DNA of 64,000 nucleotides, taken from an uncultured Flavobacteriales bacterium (GTDB taxonomy: Bacteria > Bacteroidota > Bacteroidia > Flavobacteriales > UBA7312). The DNA lies in contig CAJWWC010000001.1 of the NCBI GenBank assembly GCA_913048435.1, forward strand, positions 118,777-182,776, written 5' to 3'. Position numbers and translations under genes: made by a program. Of the stretch, positions 31,054-40,994 are shown piece by piece; within the stretch, counting starts at the first letter, position 1; each line of letters begins with the position of its first letter. The notes beneath the pieces were generated by a model. The model searched no databases. It worked only from the letters and a program-made list of their open reading frames with translations, and was not told the DNA's origin.

Positions 31054-32454
31054 ATGAACTATAGAATTGAGAAAGATACCATGGGCGAGGTTAAAGTACC
31101 TGCCAAAAAGTATTGGGGTGCCCAAACAGAACGTTCGAGGAAAAATTTCAAAATTGGTCCATCAGCAAGTATGCCTCTAGAAGTGGTCTATGGTTTTGCT
31201 TTCCTTAAGAAAGCAGCGGCACATGCCAATTTCGAATTAGGTGTTCTTTCAAATGAAAAAAGAGATTTAATTTGTGCTGTTTGCGATGAGATATTAGAAG
31301 CCAAGCATGATGATGAATTCCCATTAGTAATATGGCAAACAGGCTCAGGGACACAATCTAATATGAATATGAATGAGGTGATAGCTAATCGGGCTCATGT
31401 TTTAAATGGTGGTAGTCTAAGTGATGAAAGTAAAGTTATTCATCCAAATGATGATGTTAATAAATCTCAATCTTCTAATGATACTTTTCCTACAAGTATG
31501 CACATTGCCGCTTATAAAATGATTGTTGAAATTACTATTCCTGGGGTAGAGAGGTTGAAAAACACCTTAGATGAAAAATCTAAAGCATTTATGCATATAG
31601 TTAAAATAGGAAGAACACACCTAATGGACGCTACACCATTGACATTAGGTCAAGAATTTTCTGGATATGTGTCACAGCTGGACCATGGGTTAAAAGCACT
31701 TAAAAATACTTTAGTACATCTTTCAGAACTTGCTCTTGGTGCTACAGCTGTAGGAACAGGAATCAATACTCCAGAAGGTTACGCCAATCTTGTCTGCCAA
31801 AAAATTGCTGAATTTACACAGCTACCATTTGTATCAGCAGATAATAAATTTGAAGCTTTAGCGGCACACGATGCTATTGTTGAGTCTCACAATGCTTTAA
31901 AGCAATTATCAGTTTCTCTAAATAAAATAGCTAACGATATCCGTTTACTAGCATCAGGACCACGAAGTGGAATTGGTGAAATAATCATACCATCTAATGA
32001 ACCTGGATCGTCAATAATGCCAGGTAAAGTTAACCCCACACAATGTGAGGCACTAACAATGGTATGTGCCCAGGTTATGGGTAATGATGTAGCTATTGGT
32101 GTTGGTGGAATGCAAGGTCATTATGAACTTAATGTATTTAAGCCAATGATGGCCGCTAACATTTTACAGTCGGCTCGACTGATTGGAGATGCTTGTGTAT
32201 CTTTTAGGGTCAATTGTGCAGAAGGTATTGAGCCTAATTATGACAATTTAAAAAAGAACTTAGATAATTCTTTGATGTTGGTTACTGCTTTGAATACCAA
32301 AATTGGTTATGAAAAAGCAGCAAAAATTGCTAAGACGGCTCACCGAAATGGGACAACATTAAAAGAAGAGGCTGTCAATTTGGGATACCTTACCCCCAAA
32401 GAGTTCGATGAGTGGGTTCGCCCAGAAGAAATGTGTGGTAGTCTAAAGAAATAG
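31054..32454 (+). CDS. fumC: Class II fumarate hydratase
   Basis: [37 protein letters not shown]. Confidence 0.97.
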   Translation: MNYRIEKDTMGEVKVPAKKYWGAQTERSRKNFKIGPSASMPLEVVYGFAFLKKAAAHANFELGVLSNEKRDLICAVCDEILEAKHDDEFPLVIWQTGSGTQSNMNMNEVIANRAHVLNGGSLSDESKVIHPNDDVNKSQSSNDTFPTSMHIAAYKMIVEITIPGVERLKNTLDEKSKAFMHIVKIGRTHLMDATPLTLGQEFSGYVSQLDHGLKALKNTLVHLSELALGATAVGTGINTPEGYANLVCQKIAEFTQLPFVSADNKFEALAAHDAIVESHNALKQLSVSLNKIANDIRLLASGPRSGIGEIIIPSNEPGSSIMPGKVNPTQCEALTMVCAQVMGNDVAIGVGGMQGHYELNVFKPMMAANILQSARLIGDACVSFRVNCAEGIEPNYDNLKKNLDNSLMLVTALNTKIGYEKAAKIAKTAHRNGTTLKEEAVNLGYLTPKEFDEWVRPEEMCGSLKK

Positions 32455-32455
32455 A

Positions 32456-33544
32456 CTATACATATTCGTCTCCTTTATCCCTTTTTATATCGTTTACAAA
32501 TTGTTTAATCTGTTGCTCATCTTCTTTTTTACAGATAAGTAGGGTGTTTTTATTGTCGATAATAATATAGTTTTCTAAACCTTGAACAACAACTACTTTA
32601 TCATTAGGCGCATTGATAATGTTATTTTTAGAATCATAAATCATAATATTTTCGCCAATAATTCCATTTTGACTTTCGTCTAGTTTTAAATGACTATATA
32701 ATGAGCCCCAAGTTCCTAAATCACTCCAACCAAAGTCAGAAGGGTAAACAAATACATTATCAGCTTTCTCCATTAAGCCGTAATCAATTGAGATGTTTTT
32801 ACACCCAGGGAAAATACGATTAATGAACTCTTCTTCTTTTTCCGTATTGTAATAATCGTTACCATCTTCAAATCTATCGTATAAATCTCTTAAGTGTTTT
32901 CTTAGCCCAAGAGTAATAGCTTTGGCACTCCAAACAAATATTCCAGAATTCCATAAAAAGTCACCGCTCTCTAAAAATTTTTGTGCTAGTTCTAGATCAG
33001 GTTTTTCTGTAAATGTTTTAACACTATGTATGTTATTATGCTGTTTAGAATTTTCTTCGTTAAATTGAATATAGCCATATCCAGTATCTGGTCTTGAGGG
33101 TTTTATGCCTAAAGTTAAAAGCAAATTATTTTTTGAACATACTTCAAAACACTCAGTAATAATTTTTGTGAATTCCTCTTCATTACTAATCAAATGATCT
33201 GAAGGCGCTACAATGATATTAGCATCAGAGTTCTTTTGATTAATTTTGAAAGATGCGTAGGCAATACATGGAGCAGTATTTCTCATCGATGGCTCACATA
33301 AAATATTGTCTTCCAATACATCGCTGAGTTGTTCTAAACATAAATCCTTGTATTTTGCATTAGTAACTATAAGGATGTTTTCTACAGGGCAAGACTTCGC
33401 TAATCGTCTAAAAGTTTGTTGTATTAGTGTCTCACCTGTTCCTAGTATATCTAAAAACTGTTTTGGAAATGTATTTCTACTCATTGGCCAAAATCTAGAG
33501 CCAATTCCACCAGCCATTATAACGCCGTAGTTATTAGTGTTCAT
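32456..33544 (-). CDS. manC: Mannose-1-phosphate guanylyltransferase
   Basis: IMAGGIGSRFWP.S...PKQF, RNTAP, TGYGYI, FTEKP, WSDLGTW. Start set to ATG 33544, below the TATTTTTG element at 33563-33570. Confidence 0.92.
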   Translation of the reverse strand: MNTNNYGVIMAGGIGSRFWPMSRNTFPKQFLDILGTGETLIQQTFRRLAKSCPVENILIVTNAKYKDLCLEQLSDVLEDNILCEPSMRNTAPCIAYASFKINQKNSDANIIVAPSDHLISNEEEFTKIITECFEVCSKNNLLLTLGIKPSRPDTGYGYIQFNEENSKQHNNIHSVKTFTEKPDLELAQKFLESGDFLWNSGIFVWSAKAITLGLRKHLRDLYDRFEDGNDYYNTEKEEEFINRIFPGCKNISIDYGLMEKADNVFVYPSDFGWSDLGTWGSLYSHLKLDESQNGIIGENIMIYDSKNNIINAPNDKVVVVQGLENYIIIDNKNTLLICKKEDEQQIKQFVNDIKRDKGDEYV

Positions 33545-33575
33545 TTTATGTTTGTTATTCTCCAAAAATACAAAA

Positions 33576-34157
33576 TCAAATTTGCACTTCTGCTAATGGG
33601 TTAAAAAGATAAATTCTATTGTTATTCAAGGACTTGCACTGAAAACGTGTTCTAATTTTCTTGTTCTTTATATACTTTTTTCCATTGGGAGTTGAAAAAA
33701 TACTGCCAAACGGAATGTCAGAAATGGTAAGCGTTGGGTTTTCATCATATTTTCTTAGTGTTTTTACAAGATTATAATCTGAATTACTAGAGGCCATAGG
33801 ATTCTTCAAGTGAATTAACAAGCATTGCTGTATATCATCGGGAAAAATATAGATTATTCTTAATAATAAAAATTTAAAAGTTTTTTTCCATTCTTTTCCA
33901 TGCGGTTTGACTTTATTTTTATACTTATCCCATGTGATCATGTGCGCTATTTCGTGAGTAAGCGTAATTAAAAATGAGTATTTATTTAAATTATTATTAA
34001 TACTTATAGTATGAGTATTTGATTTAAATGGACTCCTATAATCTCCATTTTTTGACTCTCTAGCGCTTTTAATAACTATTTTACAATTATAATTTGAAAG
34101 CCACCCTTTTATTATAGAATAAGCATTATTTGGGATGAACGACTTATAATCTTCCAT
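33576..34157 (-). CDS. SprT-like zinc metalloprotease domain protein
   Basis: GDYR, HEIAH (HExxH), PHGKEWK. Confidence 0.88.
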   Translation of the reverse strand: MEDYKSFIPNNAYSIIKGWLSNYNCKIVIKSARESKNGDYRSPFKSNTHTISINNNLNKYSFLITLTHEIAHMITWDKYKNKVKPHGKEWKKTFKFLLLRIIYIFPDDIQQCLLIHLKNPMASSNSDYNLVKTLRKYDENPTLTISDIPFGSIFSTPNGKKYIKNKKIRTRFQCKSLNNNRIYLFNPLAEVQI

Positions 34158-34186
34158 TTTAAAGTGTTTAATTATATTTAGTTTGA

Positions 34187-35293
34187 CTATAGACCAAAAA
34201 TAAACGCTGTGTAACCTGTAATTATAGCTATTAAAAAGCCTGAAACAGATATAATTAATCCATCTTTTTTATTTTCTGCAATTAATGGAAATATTCCATC
34301 ACCACTAGTAGCTATTGCGGCAGCTATTAATGCTTCTATAGGGAAACCAGGGGTTGTAATATATGCAACTGCAACTGCAATCATGCCCCCACATCCTGGG
34401 ATTGCTCCAATAAAAGCTGATATTAAGATGATAATATAAGCTGAAGAAGACATCCATTCATTAAAGGTTTGAGCTCCAACAAGTATATCAATTACAAAGT
34501 TGGTAATCAATAAAGCTATAAAAACGTACGAAACAACTAATGCAACATCCATTATAGCATGATATAAAGTTGATTTTAGATCATCGTCCTCACAAAAACA
34601 ATCTCCTTTATGATAATATCTCTTTATTAAATAATATATAATACATGTAATGCTTAGAAATATTGAGACCCAATATGTTAAATTTGAAATTATATCAAAA
34701 CTTCCTCCCCACAATGCAATAATTGAGCCTGGAGCTAAAAAAATTGACATCAACACAATACTATAGAAACCAACTTTATCAATTAAAACACTCAAATGAT
34801 TGTTTTTTTTAGTTTCAATTGTATTATTATACGTATGAAATCTATGTTGTTGTTCGTATTTTGGGCTAATATCAAAATTATCACAAATAAAACCAGCAAC
34901 AAATCCAACAATTAATCCAATCAAAGTAATTGTAATGTATGCTGTTATATTGCCTTTAATATCAGCTGCCTCACTTGAAGCTCCTAATAAAACAAAAGAC
35001 CCTTCGCCTAACGTACTAATAAATGAGGCGAACAAACCTCCAAATGATATTTTTTTATTTTTGTAGAGAGATGCCACTACTATTGTTGCTCCGCAACCAG
35101 GAATAGCTCCTAATAAAGAACCTATTGCCGAGAATGTCCATTTGTTGTATATTGGTTTTAACTTTTCTTTAAGCTTTTTTTTAGTTATAAAACTAATTAA
35201 AGCGAAACCAACAATTGATATGGAAACGTAGCCCCCAATACCACCAGAAGCATCAAGATTTTCTAGTATAAATGACCAAATTTCAAAGTCCAT
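34187..35293 (-). CDS. Putative manganese transporter family membrane protein (DUF2899-like)
   Basis: Multi-TM; duplicated GAIPGCG motif, each followed by ISTLGE or IATSGD. Confidence 0.7.
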   Translation of the reverse strand: MDFEIWSFILENLDASGGIGGYVSISIVGFALISFITKKKLKEKLKPIYNKWTFSAIGSLLGAIPGCGATIVVASLYKNKKISFGGLFASFISTLGEGSFVLLGASSEAADIKGNITAYITITLIGLIVGFVAGFICDNFDISPKYEQQHRFHTYNNTIETKKNNHLSVLIDKVGFYSIVLMSIFLAPGSIIALWGGSFDIISNLTYWVSIFLSITCIIYYLIKRYYHKGDCFCEDDDLKSTLYHAIMDVALVVSYVFIALLITNFVIDILVGAQTFNEWMSSSAYIIILISAFIGAIPGCGGMIAVAVAYITTPGFPIEALIAAAIATSGDGIFPLIAENKKDGLIISVSGFLIAIITGYTAFIFGL

Positions 35294-35320
35294 TTAATTT
35301 TTATGATTATTAAACTAATT

Positions 35321-35446
35321 TTATAATTTTTTCGATGTTGAAAATGATGGACAATTACAGTCTTCTTTCAATATACTACACGAGCTAAAACTAAACACAA
35401 GCAAAATGATAAAAAATAAAACTAATATTTGATTTTTATATTGCAT
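35321..35446 (-). CDS. Small lipoprotein (41 aa) with CxCP motif
   Basis: Translated by hand: MQYKNQILVLFFIILLVFSFSSCSILKEDCNCPSFSTSKKL*. Signal peptide with FSSC lipobox; upstream TATTTTTG at 35463-35470. Confidence 0.72.
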   Translation of the reverse strand: MQYKNQILVLFFIILLVFSFSSCSILKEDCNCPSFSTSKKL

Positions 35447-35505
35447 TGTTATCTGATGCCGTCAAAAATACTAATATGCTTTTAAGTAAGCCACATAAAT
35501 ATTAT

Positions 35506-35513
35506 TATTTTTG
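35506..35513 (+). promoter_or_regulatory. -7 promoter element TATTTTTG for mlaEF
   Basis: TAnnTTTG match 7 nt before the ATG. Confidence 0.55.
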
Positions 35514-35520
35514 AAGTTAA

Positions 35521-36264
35521 ATGATGGATAGCGTAAAAACTTTTGGTTTGTATCTCAATATGTTGGGAAACGTTTTTAGTCGACCTGAAAATAAAAAGGT
35601 TTATTTAAAGCGAATTGTAGATGAAATTATCAAACTTGGGATTAATTCATTAACGATTGTTTCCATTATTTCGTTGTTTATGGGTGCCGTCGTAACTATA
35701 CAAACAGGTTTGCAGTTAAGTAATCCTTTTATTCCTAAATATTTAATAGGATATGCTACACGAGAGTCACTCATTTTAGAATTTTCTCCTACTATGATTG
35801 CTCTTATTTTAGCTGGTAAGGTAGGTTCTAGTATTGCATCTGAAATTGGAACAATGAGGGTCTCAGAACAAATTGATGCTTTAGAAATTATGGGTATAAA
35901 CTCTGCAGCTTTTATCATACAGCCGAAAATTATTGCATCTATATTATTTTTCCCTTTTCTTGTTACTATTAGTATGGGAATAGGCATGTTTGGTGGATTT
36001 TTAGCCGCAACCCTTGGAGGTATAATCAGTAAGCCAGAATTTTTACAAGGACTCATATATTGGTTTGAACCTTTTTATATTTTTTATGCTCTGGTAAAAA
36101 CAGTTTTTTTTGCGTTTGCTATTTCATCTATTTCATCTTTTTTTGGATACTATACAAAAGGAGGCGCCTTGGCTGTCGGAAAATCTAGCACCAAATCTGT
36201 TGTTTACAGTTGTATAATTATTCTAATTATAAATTTTATACTTACACAATTAATGTTGGCATGA
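35521..36264 (+). CDS. mlaE: MlaE family ABC permease
   Basis: LEFSP, AGKVGS.IASEIGTMRVSEQIDALE.MG, GGAL.VG.SST. Confidence 0.92.
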   Translation: MMDSVKTFGLYLNMLGNVFSRPENKKVYLKRIVDEIIKLGINSLTIVSIISLFMGAVVTIQTGLQLSNPFIPKYLIGYATRESLILEFSPTMIALILAGKVGSSIASEIGTMRVSEQIDALEIMGINSAAFIIQPKIIASILFFPFLVTISMGIGMFGGFLAATLGGIISKPEFLQGLIYWFEPFYIFYALVKTVFFAFAISSISSFFGYYTKGGALAVGKSSTKSVVYSCIIILIINFILTQLMLA

Positions 36265-37007
36265 TCCAAGTAAAAAATATATTCAAGAATTTTGGTGAAA
36301 ATCAAGTGTTAAATGATATTAACTTTACATTTCATGCTGGTAAGACCAATCTTGTTATAGGAGCTAGTGGTTCTGGTAAAACAACACTAATTAAATGTAT
36401 GGTAGGTTTACACCAAACAGATTCTGGTAGTATATTATTTAATGAGTCATCGTTTAATGATTTAGCAAAAAAGGAAAAGAGAAAATTAAGAAAAGAAATT
36501 GGAATGCTTTTCCAAGGAGGAGCATTGTTTGATTATTTGACGGTTGAAGAAAATATAGCTTTTCCTATTACTATGTTTACAAACATGCATGACGAAGAAA
36601 AAAGAGAAAGAGTTAATTTTTGTTTACAAAGAGTTAATCTAACAAATGTTAATAAGTTATTTCCCTCTGAATTAAGTGGTGGTATGATGAAACGTGTAGC
36701 TATTGCCAGAGCTATTTCTATGAAACCGAAATATTTATTTTGTGATGAGCCCAATTCAGGATTAGATCCTCAAACCTCAATTATTATAGATAATCTTATC
36801 CAAGAAATTACTGAAGAGTATAATATTACAACAATAGTCAATACTCATGATATGAATTCAGTTATGGAAATAGGGCAGAACATTGCTTTTATTGATAAAG
36901 GAAGACTAGCTTGGAGTGGAGATAAAGAGTCTATTTTGCACTCAAATTTAAAAGAGTTAAATGATTTTGTATTTGCTTCTAAACTCTTTAAAAAACTAAA
37001 AATTTAA
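36261..37007 (+). CDS. mlaF: MlaF-like ABC ATPase
   Basis: GASGSGKT, LFQGGALFD, LSGGM.KR, DEPNSGLDP; ATGA overlap with mlaE. Confidence 0.9.
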   Translation: MIQVKNIFKNFGENQVLNDINFTFHAGKTNLVIGASGSGKTTLIKCMVGLHQTDSGSILFNESSFNDLAKKEKRKLRKEIGMLFQGGALFDYLTVEENIAFPITMFTNMHDEEKRERVNFCLQRVNLTNVNKLFPSELSGGMMKRVAIARAISMKPKYLFCDEPNSGLDPQTSIIIDNLIQEITEEYNITTIVNTHDMNSVMEIGQNIAFIDKGRLAWSGDKESILHSNLKELNDFVFASKLFKKLKI

Positions 37008-37032
37008 AAAAACAGCCCAATTTTGGGCTGTT
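37007..37032. terminator. Intrinsic terminator hairpin between convergent mlaF and T9SS gene
   Basis: AACAGCCCAA-TT-TTGGGCTGTT; preceding A-run gives a U-tail on the minus strand. Confidence 0.8.
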
Positions 37033-37049
37033 AGTAAAATTTATTTTTT

Positions 37050-38924
37050 CTAGTGAATGATAATCTTCTTAATCAATTTATTATCATTTATTTTATTTAG
37101 ACTAATAAAATAAACTCCTTTTTCAAAATTCTTTAAGCTGATATTTTTATTCACTGAGCCATAAATATTAATATCTTCTGACAAAACTTTTCTTCCCATC
37201 ATATCTGTAATTCTTAATTGACCATATACTGTTTCATTGGTAAATATTTGAATATTAAATTCTCCTTTTGATGGATTCGGATAAACTGATAAACTTATCT
37301 TTTTACTGTATTCATTGGTACTTACATTTACACCCACTACATTAGGGTCAAAATTTAATCTTACACATGGAGCAAAGGTTGTATATAGCCAAGCACCTGG
37401 ATCCACTCCTTCTTGAATACCATCAATATCTTGAACTAAACTTTCGCTATTGTTTGGATTATTACCTGAAGTATTTATAAACACAGTGTCGACTCCGTTA
37501 TAGCTGGCAAATACTGTTGGAAGAACAACTTGTCCAGCATCTAAAATAACTGGTGGATCAAATGATATATCAAACCAGTCTCCAGCAAAATCACCAAAAT
37601 TTAGCATTTCTGTTTCTACCAGAAAACTAATTTCGCCGCTTTGTGTGTCAACCGTATTAAGTCGTATTGTTCCTTGCGCATTTGGGGTGGTTCTTTCATC
37701 CAATCGAACTTTTACACTGTACAATGTACTTGTTGAATAAATATCATACACGTTTCCATATTGTCTTGATCCATCACCATTTATTGCATATCTTCCAAAA
37801 TTGGTAACATTATCTCCATTATCTCTGGCATAGATATGGTCAGAAACACTAAAAGTTCGCCTTAGGGTATCTGTAATGACATAATCGTTATCGTCTTTTC
37901 CAATTATGTTTGCTGTGTAGGTACCAATTTCTGTTGGCGAAAATCCATCATTAACAAATAAGCTGTCTTTATCACTTGAAATTAGTGAAAGACCAATACT
38001 TTGAGCATTAAAATTCTCAGATGGTATTTCAGCATGTATTCTCATACTGTCAATGGTGTTGAAACCCACATTTTCAATGTAACCCCCATAAAAACACTCT
38101 GTGGCAGAGATTTGTTCTAATGGCATAATTCTGTATGATGTGCCTCCAAAATATGCGCTTGGAACATTATTAAAGCTATTAAGAATATTTGATGCGTATG
38201 GTTGAGTTTTGATAATTTTTACATCATCAATCATCCAATAATAGTGAGAAGCAGTATTTTCACCCACTGCCCAATCAAAACGAATTTGAACACTATCTTG
38301 TAGCGCAGCTATTTCAGTTATTATCACTTCAAAGTTTACGGTTCCTGATAAAACATTTACAGTGCCTATTTCATTAACTTGAAAACTTGTTGCAGATTCC
38401 CAACCAGAACCATTATTAATACTTACTACCAGTTCATGCGAACTAAAACAACACCATCTGTAAGCATGTTCAAAGCTTAATGTTACATTAGAATCATTTG
38501 ATAAATCAATATAGGGTGATGTTAGTTGGCCTTTTTTTTCAGTATAAGCAGACACAGGTAAACCTGCGTTAGATCCATCAGCATCAAAAATCATCCAACC
38601 ATTTGAAGCAGATTCAGATTCCAGTAAATAAGGTATTTCACCTGCATAGTCTCCATTAGAGCCGTCAAAATCTTGTGACCAAATATTACCATCGTCTCCA
38701 CTTGTAGTCCATGCTGGATTAAGAGAGGAGTTATTACCGTCAAGGCCTTCTCTAAAGTCCTCATACCATATGATATCAGCACTATCTAAGTTAGAAATTT
38801 CAAGGGACCGTATTTGATCATAAGTAGAGTTGTTGTTAGCAGTGCTCAGTATCGATTTAAAAGTTTCTTGCGAAAAAGAATAGTTTACAAACAACACCCC
38901 AAAAATTAATAAATTATATTTCAT
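37050..38924 (-). CDS. T9SS type A sorting domain protein (adhesin-like, paralog B)
   Basis: Sec signal; jelly-roll/cleaved-adhesin-like domain (LTSPYIDLS...QIRF.W...W.IDDV); CTD with VYPNP, GVYFI and KKIIIH. Confidence 0.85.
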   Translation of the reverse strand: MKYNLLIFGVLFVNYSFSQETFKSILSTANNNSTYDQIRSLEISNLDSADIIWYEDFREGLDGNNSSLNPAWTTSGDDGNIWSQDFDGSNGDYAGEIPYLLESESASNGWMIFDADGSNAGLPVSAYTEKKGQLTSPYIDLSNDSNVTLSFEHAYRWCCFSSHELVVSINNGSGWESATSFQVNEIGTVNVLSGTVNFEVIITEIAALQDSVQIRFDWAVGENTASHYYWMIDDVKIIKTQPYASNILNSFNNVPSAYFGGTSYRIMPLEQISATECFYGGYIENVGFNTIDSMRIHAEIPSENFNAQSIGLSLISSDKDSLFVNDGFSPTEIGTYTANIIGKDDNDYVITDTLRRTFSVSDHIYARDNGDNVTNFGRYAINGDGSRQYGNVYDIYSTSTLYSVKVRLDERTTPNAQGTIRLNTVDTQSGEISFLVETEMLNFGDFAGDWFDISFDPPVILDAGQVVLPTVFASYNGVDTVFINTSGNNPNNSESLVQDIDGIQEGVDPGAWLYTTFAPCVRLNFDPNVVGVNVSTNEYSKKISLSVYPNPSKGEFNIQIFTNETVYGQLRITDMMGRKVLSEDINIYGSVNKNISLKNFEKGVYFISLNKINDNKLIKKIIIH

Positions 38925-38941
38925 GATTATATTTTTAGAAT

Positions 38942-38971
38942 AAAAAAAGCAGACATTAGCCTGCTTTTTTT
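38942..38971. terminator. Intrinsic terminator hairpin between the two T9SS genes
   Basis: AAAAAAAGCAG-acattagc-CTGCTTTTTTT inverted repeat with A/T tails. Confidence 0.75.
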
Positions 38972-38987
38972 AAGATTTTTTTTAAAA

Positions 38988-40901
38988 TTACTTAATAATT
39001 ATTTTGTTAATATTACTTATTCCATCACTATTTGTTAGTGACACTGTGTATATACCTGTTTTAAGTTCAGATAAATTAACTTTGTATGAAATGTTATTTT
39101 CAATATACATTGTGTAAACTATCTGCCCTAAAACATTCGAGATTTCTAATAACTGATTTTCAGCAGCATTTGATATTTCAAGATTAAATACACCATTATT
39201 TGGATTAGGATAAATATTGAATTTTACCTGATTACCTTTTTCAGCTATCGAAGCCGGTGGAGCTGGTCCAGTAGCATTTGGATCAAAATTTAATCTTACC
39301 ATTGGTGCTGTAGTTGTATAGTACCAATCTCCTGGATTACCATTTGGTTGAGTGCCATCGATATCCTGTAACATTGTTTCAGCCACATCTGTGTTTCCAG
39401 AAGTTCCAATTACTAATGTATCAACCCCATTATATGCAGCTGATATAGTTGCCAGAATAACATCTCCTGCAAACACTTGAACTGGTGGGTCAAACATTAT
39501 ATTAGTCCAACCATCAGTATACTCACCAATATTAATTTCAGGCGTTTCAGTATAAAAAGCATATGTTGTGGGATTAGCTTCTGTACCATCTCCTGGAATA
39601 ACTGTATTCAATATACCTTTAACCATACAGTTTGGTGATGTAGCAGGATGAGCACGTACTTTAATTGCGTAAATCGTAGCATCGGCATATATATCGAATA
39701 CATTACCTCTTTGCTCACTACCCTCATTATTTACATATGATCCACCAGTGTAGTCGCCAGACATACCAGCGTCGTCTCTAGCGTATTCATATTCAGTAAC
39801 TTCAAAAGATACTGAACTTGTTTCAGTCTGAGTTCCATTTTCATCAGCTGCGTACATTTCTGCAGTATATATTCCCGCGCTTGTAGCAGTAAAAAAATCA
39901 TTGCAATATAAAGTGTCTTGATCTAATGAAATAGTGTTAACACCATCACTTTGAGTACTAAAGCCTTCATTTGTAATTGTGGCATAAACTCTTGCACTAT
40001 CAAGGGTATTTAAACCCATATTTTGAATGTAACCAGCAAAATTGTAAGCTGTTGCTTCAGCTTGTGATTTTGGAACTGTAGGATATGAAGTGCCTCCAAA
40101 GTATGTACTTGGTAAAAGATGTAAAGCTTGGTTTAACTTCAATGCAAATTCAGGTAAAGGGTTGATTACTATATCATCCACTGCGAAACCACTAGCCCAG
40201 CTGCCACCATCCGACCAAATGAATCGTATTTTAACATTAGATGATGTTGAGTCAACATATTCACTTAAGTCAAAAGCAGCTGCTTGCCATGCCTGAGTTT
40301 CAGGAAGTGGACCGCTCATGTCTTCCCAGCTTGTTCCGCTGTCAACACTAATCTCAACTGAAGCATCACCACCACCCCAGTTTTTATCATGATAAAATTC
40401 GAACAAAAGCCACATGTTTGATTGACCTGTAAAATCAAATTCAGGTAATTCTAAAACTTCAAATGATAGATCACAATTATTATTTTCGTTCGGAGCCGTT
40501 CCACCTGGTAAACATGAGTCATCATTTGTCATGGCAAATGTTGTATGATCGTCTAGGTAAGTCCAATATCCACCGGCACCAGCATCTTGACTATTACCAG
40601 TAAAAAAACCACTAACCTGAACTGTACTTCCTCCTAAAGGTATAAAGTAATTTTGTTCCGAGCTTGACGTTGACATGGAATCAGGTAAAGAAGGTACTGT
40701 TACATTCTCGAAATTTTCACAATAAAACTCATCAGAACAATCAACAGCAGCTGATCTTTGTTCCATTGCAATTTTGATTACTTTAGGTAGATTATTATCG
40801 ATTGATTTTTTATTCGCCATTTTAACGTTAGTATTAACATTTTGGGCAAATGAAAAACCAACAATTATAAAAGAGGCTACAATAGAATAAATTTTTTTCA
40901 T
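38988..40901 (-). CDS. T9SS type A sorting domain protein (adhesin-like, paralog A)
   Basis: Sec signal; cleaved-adhesin-like domain (VEIS.D.G.SW, FDLSEY, IRF.W, FAVDDI); CTD with IYPNP, GIYTV and KIIIK. Confidence 0.85.
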   Translation of the reverse strand: MKKIYSIVASFIIVGFSFAQNVNTNVKMANKKSIDNNLPKVIKIAMEQRSAAVDCSDEFYCENFENVTVPSLPDSMSTSSSEQNYFIPLGGSTVQVSGFFTGNSQDAGAGGYWTYLDDHTTFAMTNDDSCLPGGTAPNENNNCDLSFEVLELPEFDFTGQSNMWLLFEFYHDKNWGGGDASVEISVDSGTSWEDMSGPLPETQAWQAAAFDLSEYVDSTSSNVKIRFIWSDGGSWASGFAVDDIVINPLPEFALKLNQALHLLPSTYFGGTSYPTVPKSQAEATAYNFAGYIQNMGLNTLDSARVYATITNEGFSTQSDGVNTISLDQDTLYCNDFFTATSAGIYTAEMYAADENGTQTETSSVSFEVTEYEYARDDAGMSGDYTGGSYVNNEGSEQRGNVFDIYADATIYAIKVRAHPATSPNCMVKGILNTVIPGDGTEANPTTYAFYTETPEINIGEYTDGWTNIMFDPPVQVFAGDVILATISAAYNGVDTLVIGTSGNTDVAETMLQDIDGTQPNGNPGDWYYTTTAPMVRLNFDPNATGPAPPASIAEKGNQVKFNIYPNPNNGVFNLEISNAAENQLLEISNVLGQIVYTMYIENNISYKVNLSELKTGIYTVSLTNSDGISNINKIIIK

Positions 40902-40994
40902 AGTTAAATAGTTAAGAAATTATCAGTTATGTGTCCACGAATTTACGGTATTTTTTAATAAATCCTACAATGGTCAACAAGTATTTGTGTTATT

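Noticed and set aside
33576-34157. SprT-like gene as the T9SS component SprT/PorT
   Set aside because: It is the HExxH metalloprotease family that shares the name, not the beta-barrel PorT.
34177-34191. TTTAG-TTTGA-CTATA as a DtxR/MntR box near the Mn transporter
   Set aside because: Imperfect, and located at the 3' end of the transporter gene rather than its promoter.
35521-37007. mlaEF without adjacent mlaD/mlaC
   Set aside because: Split mla loci are common in Bacteroidota.
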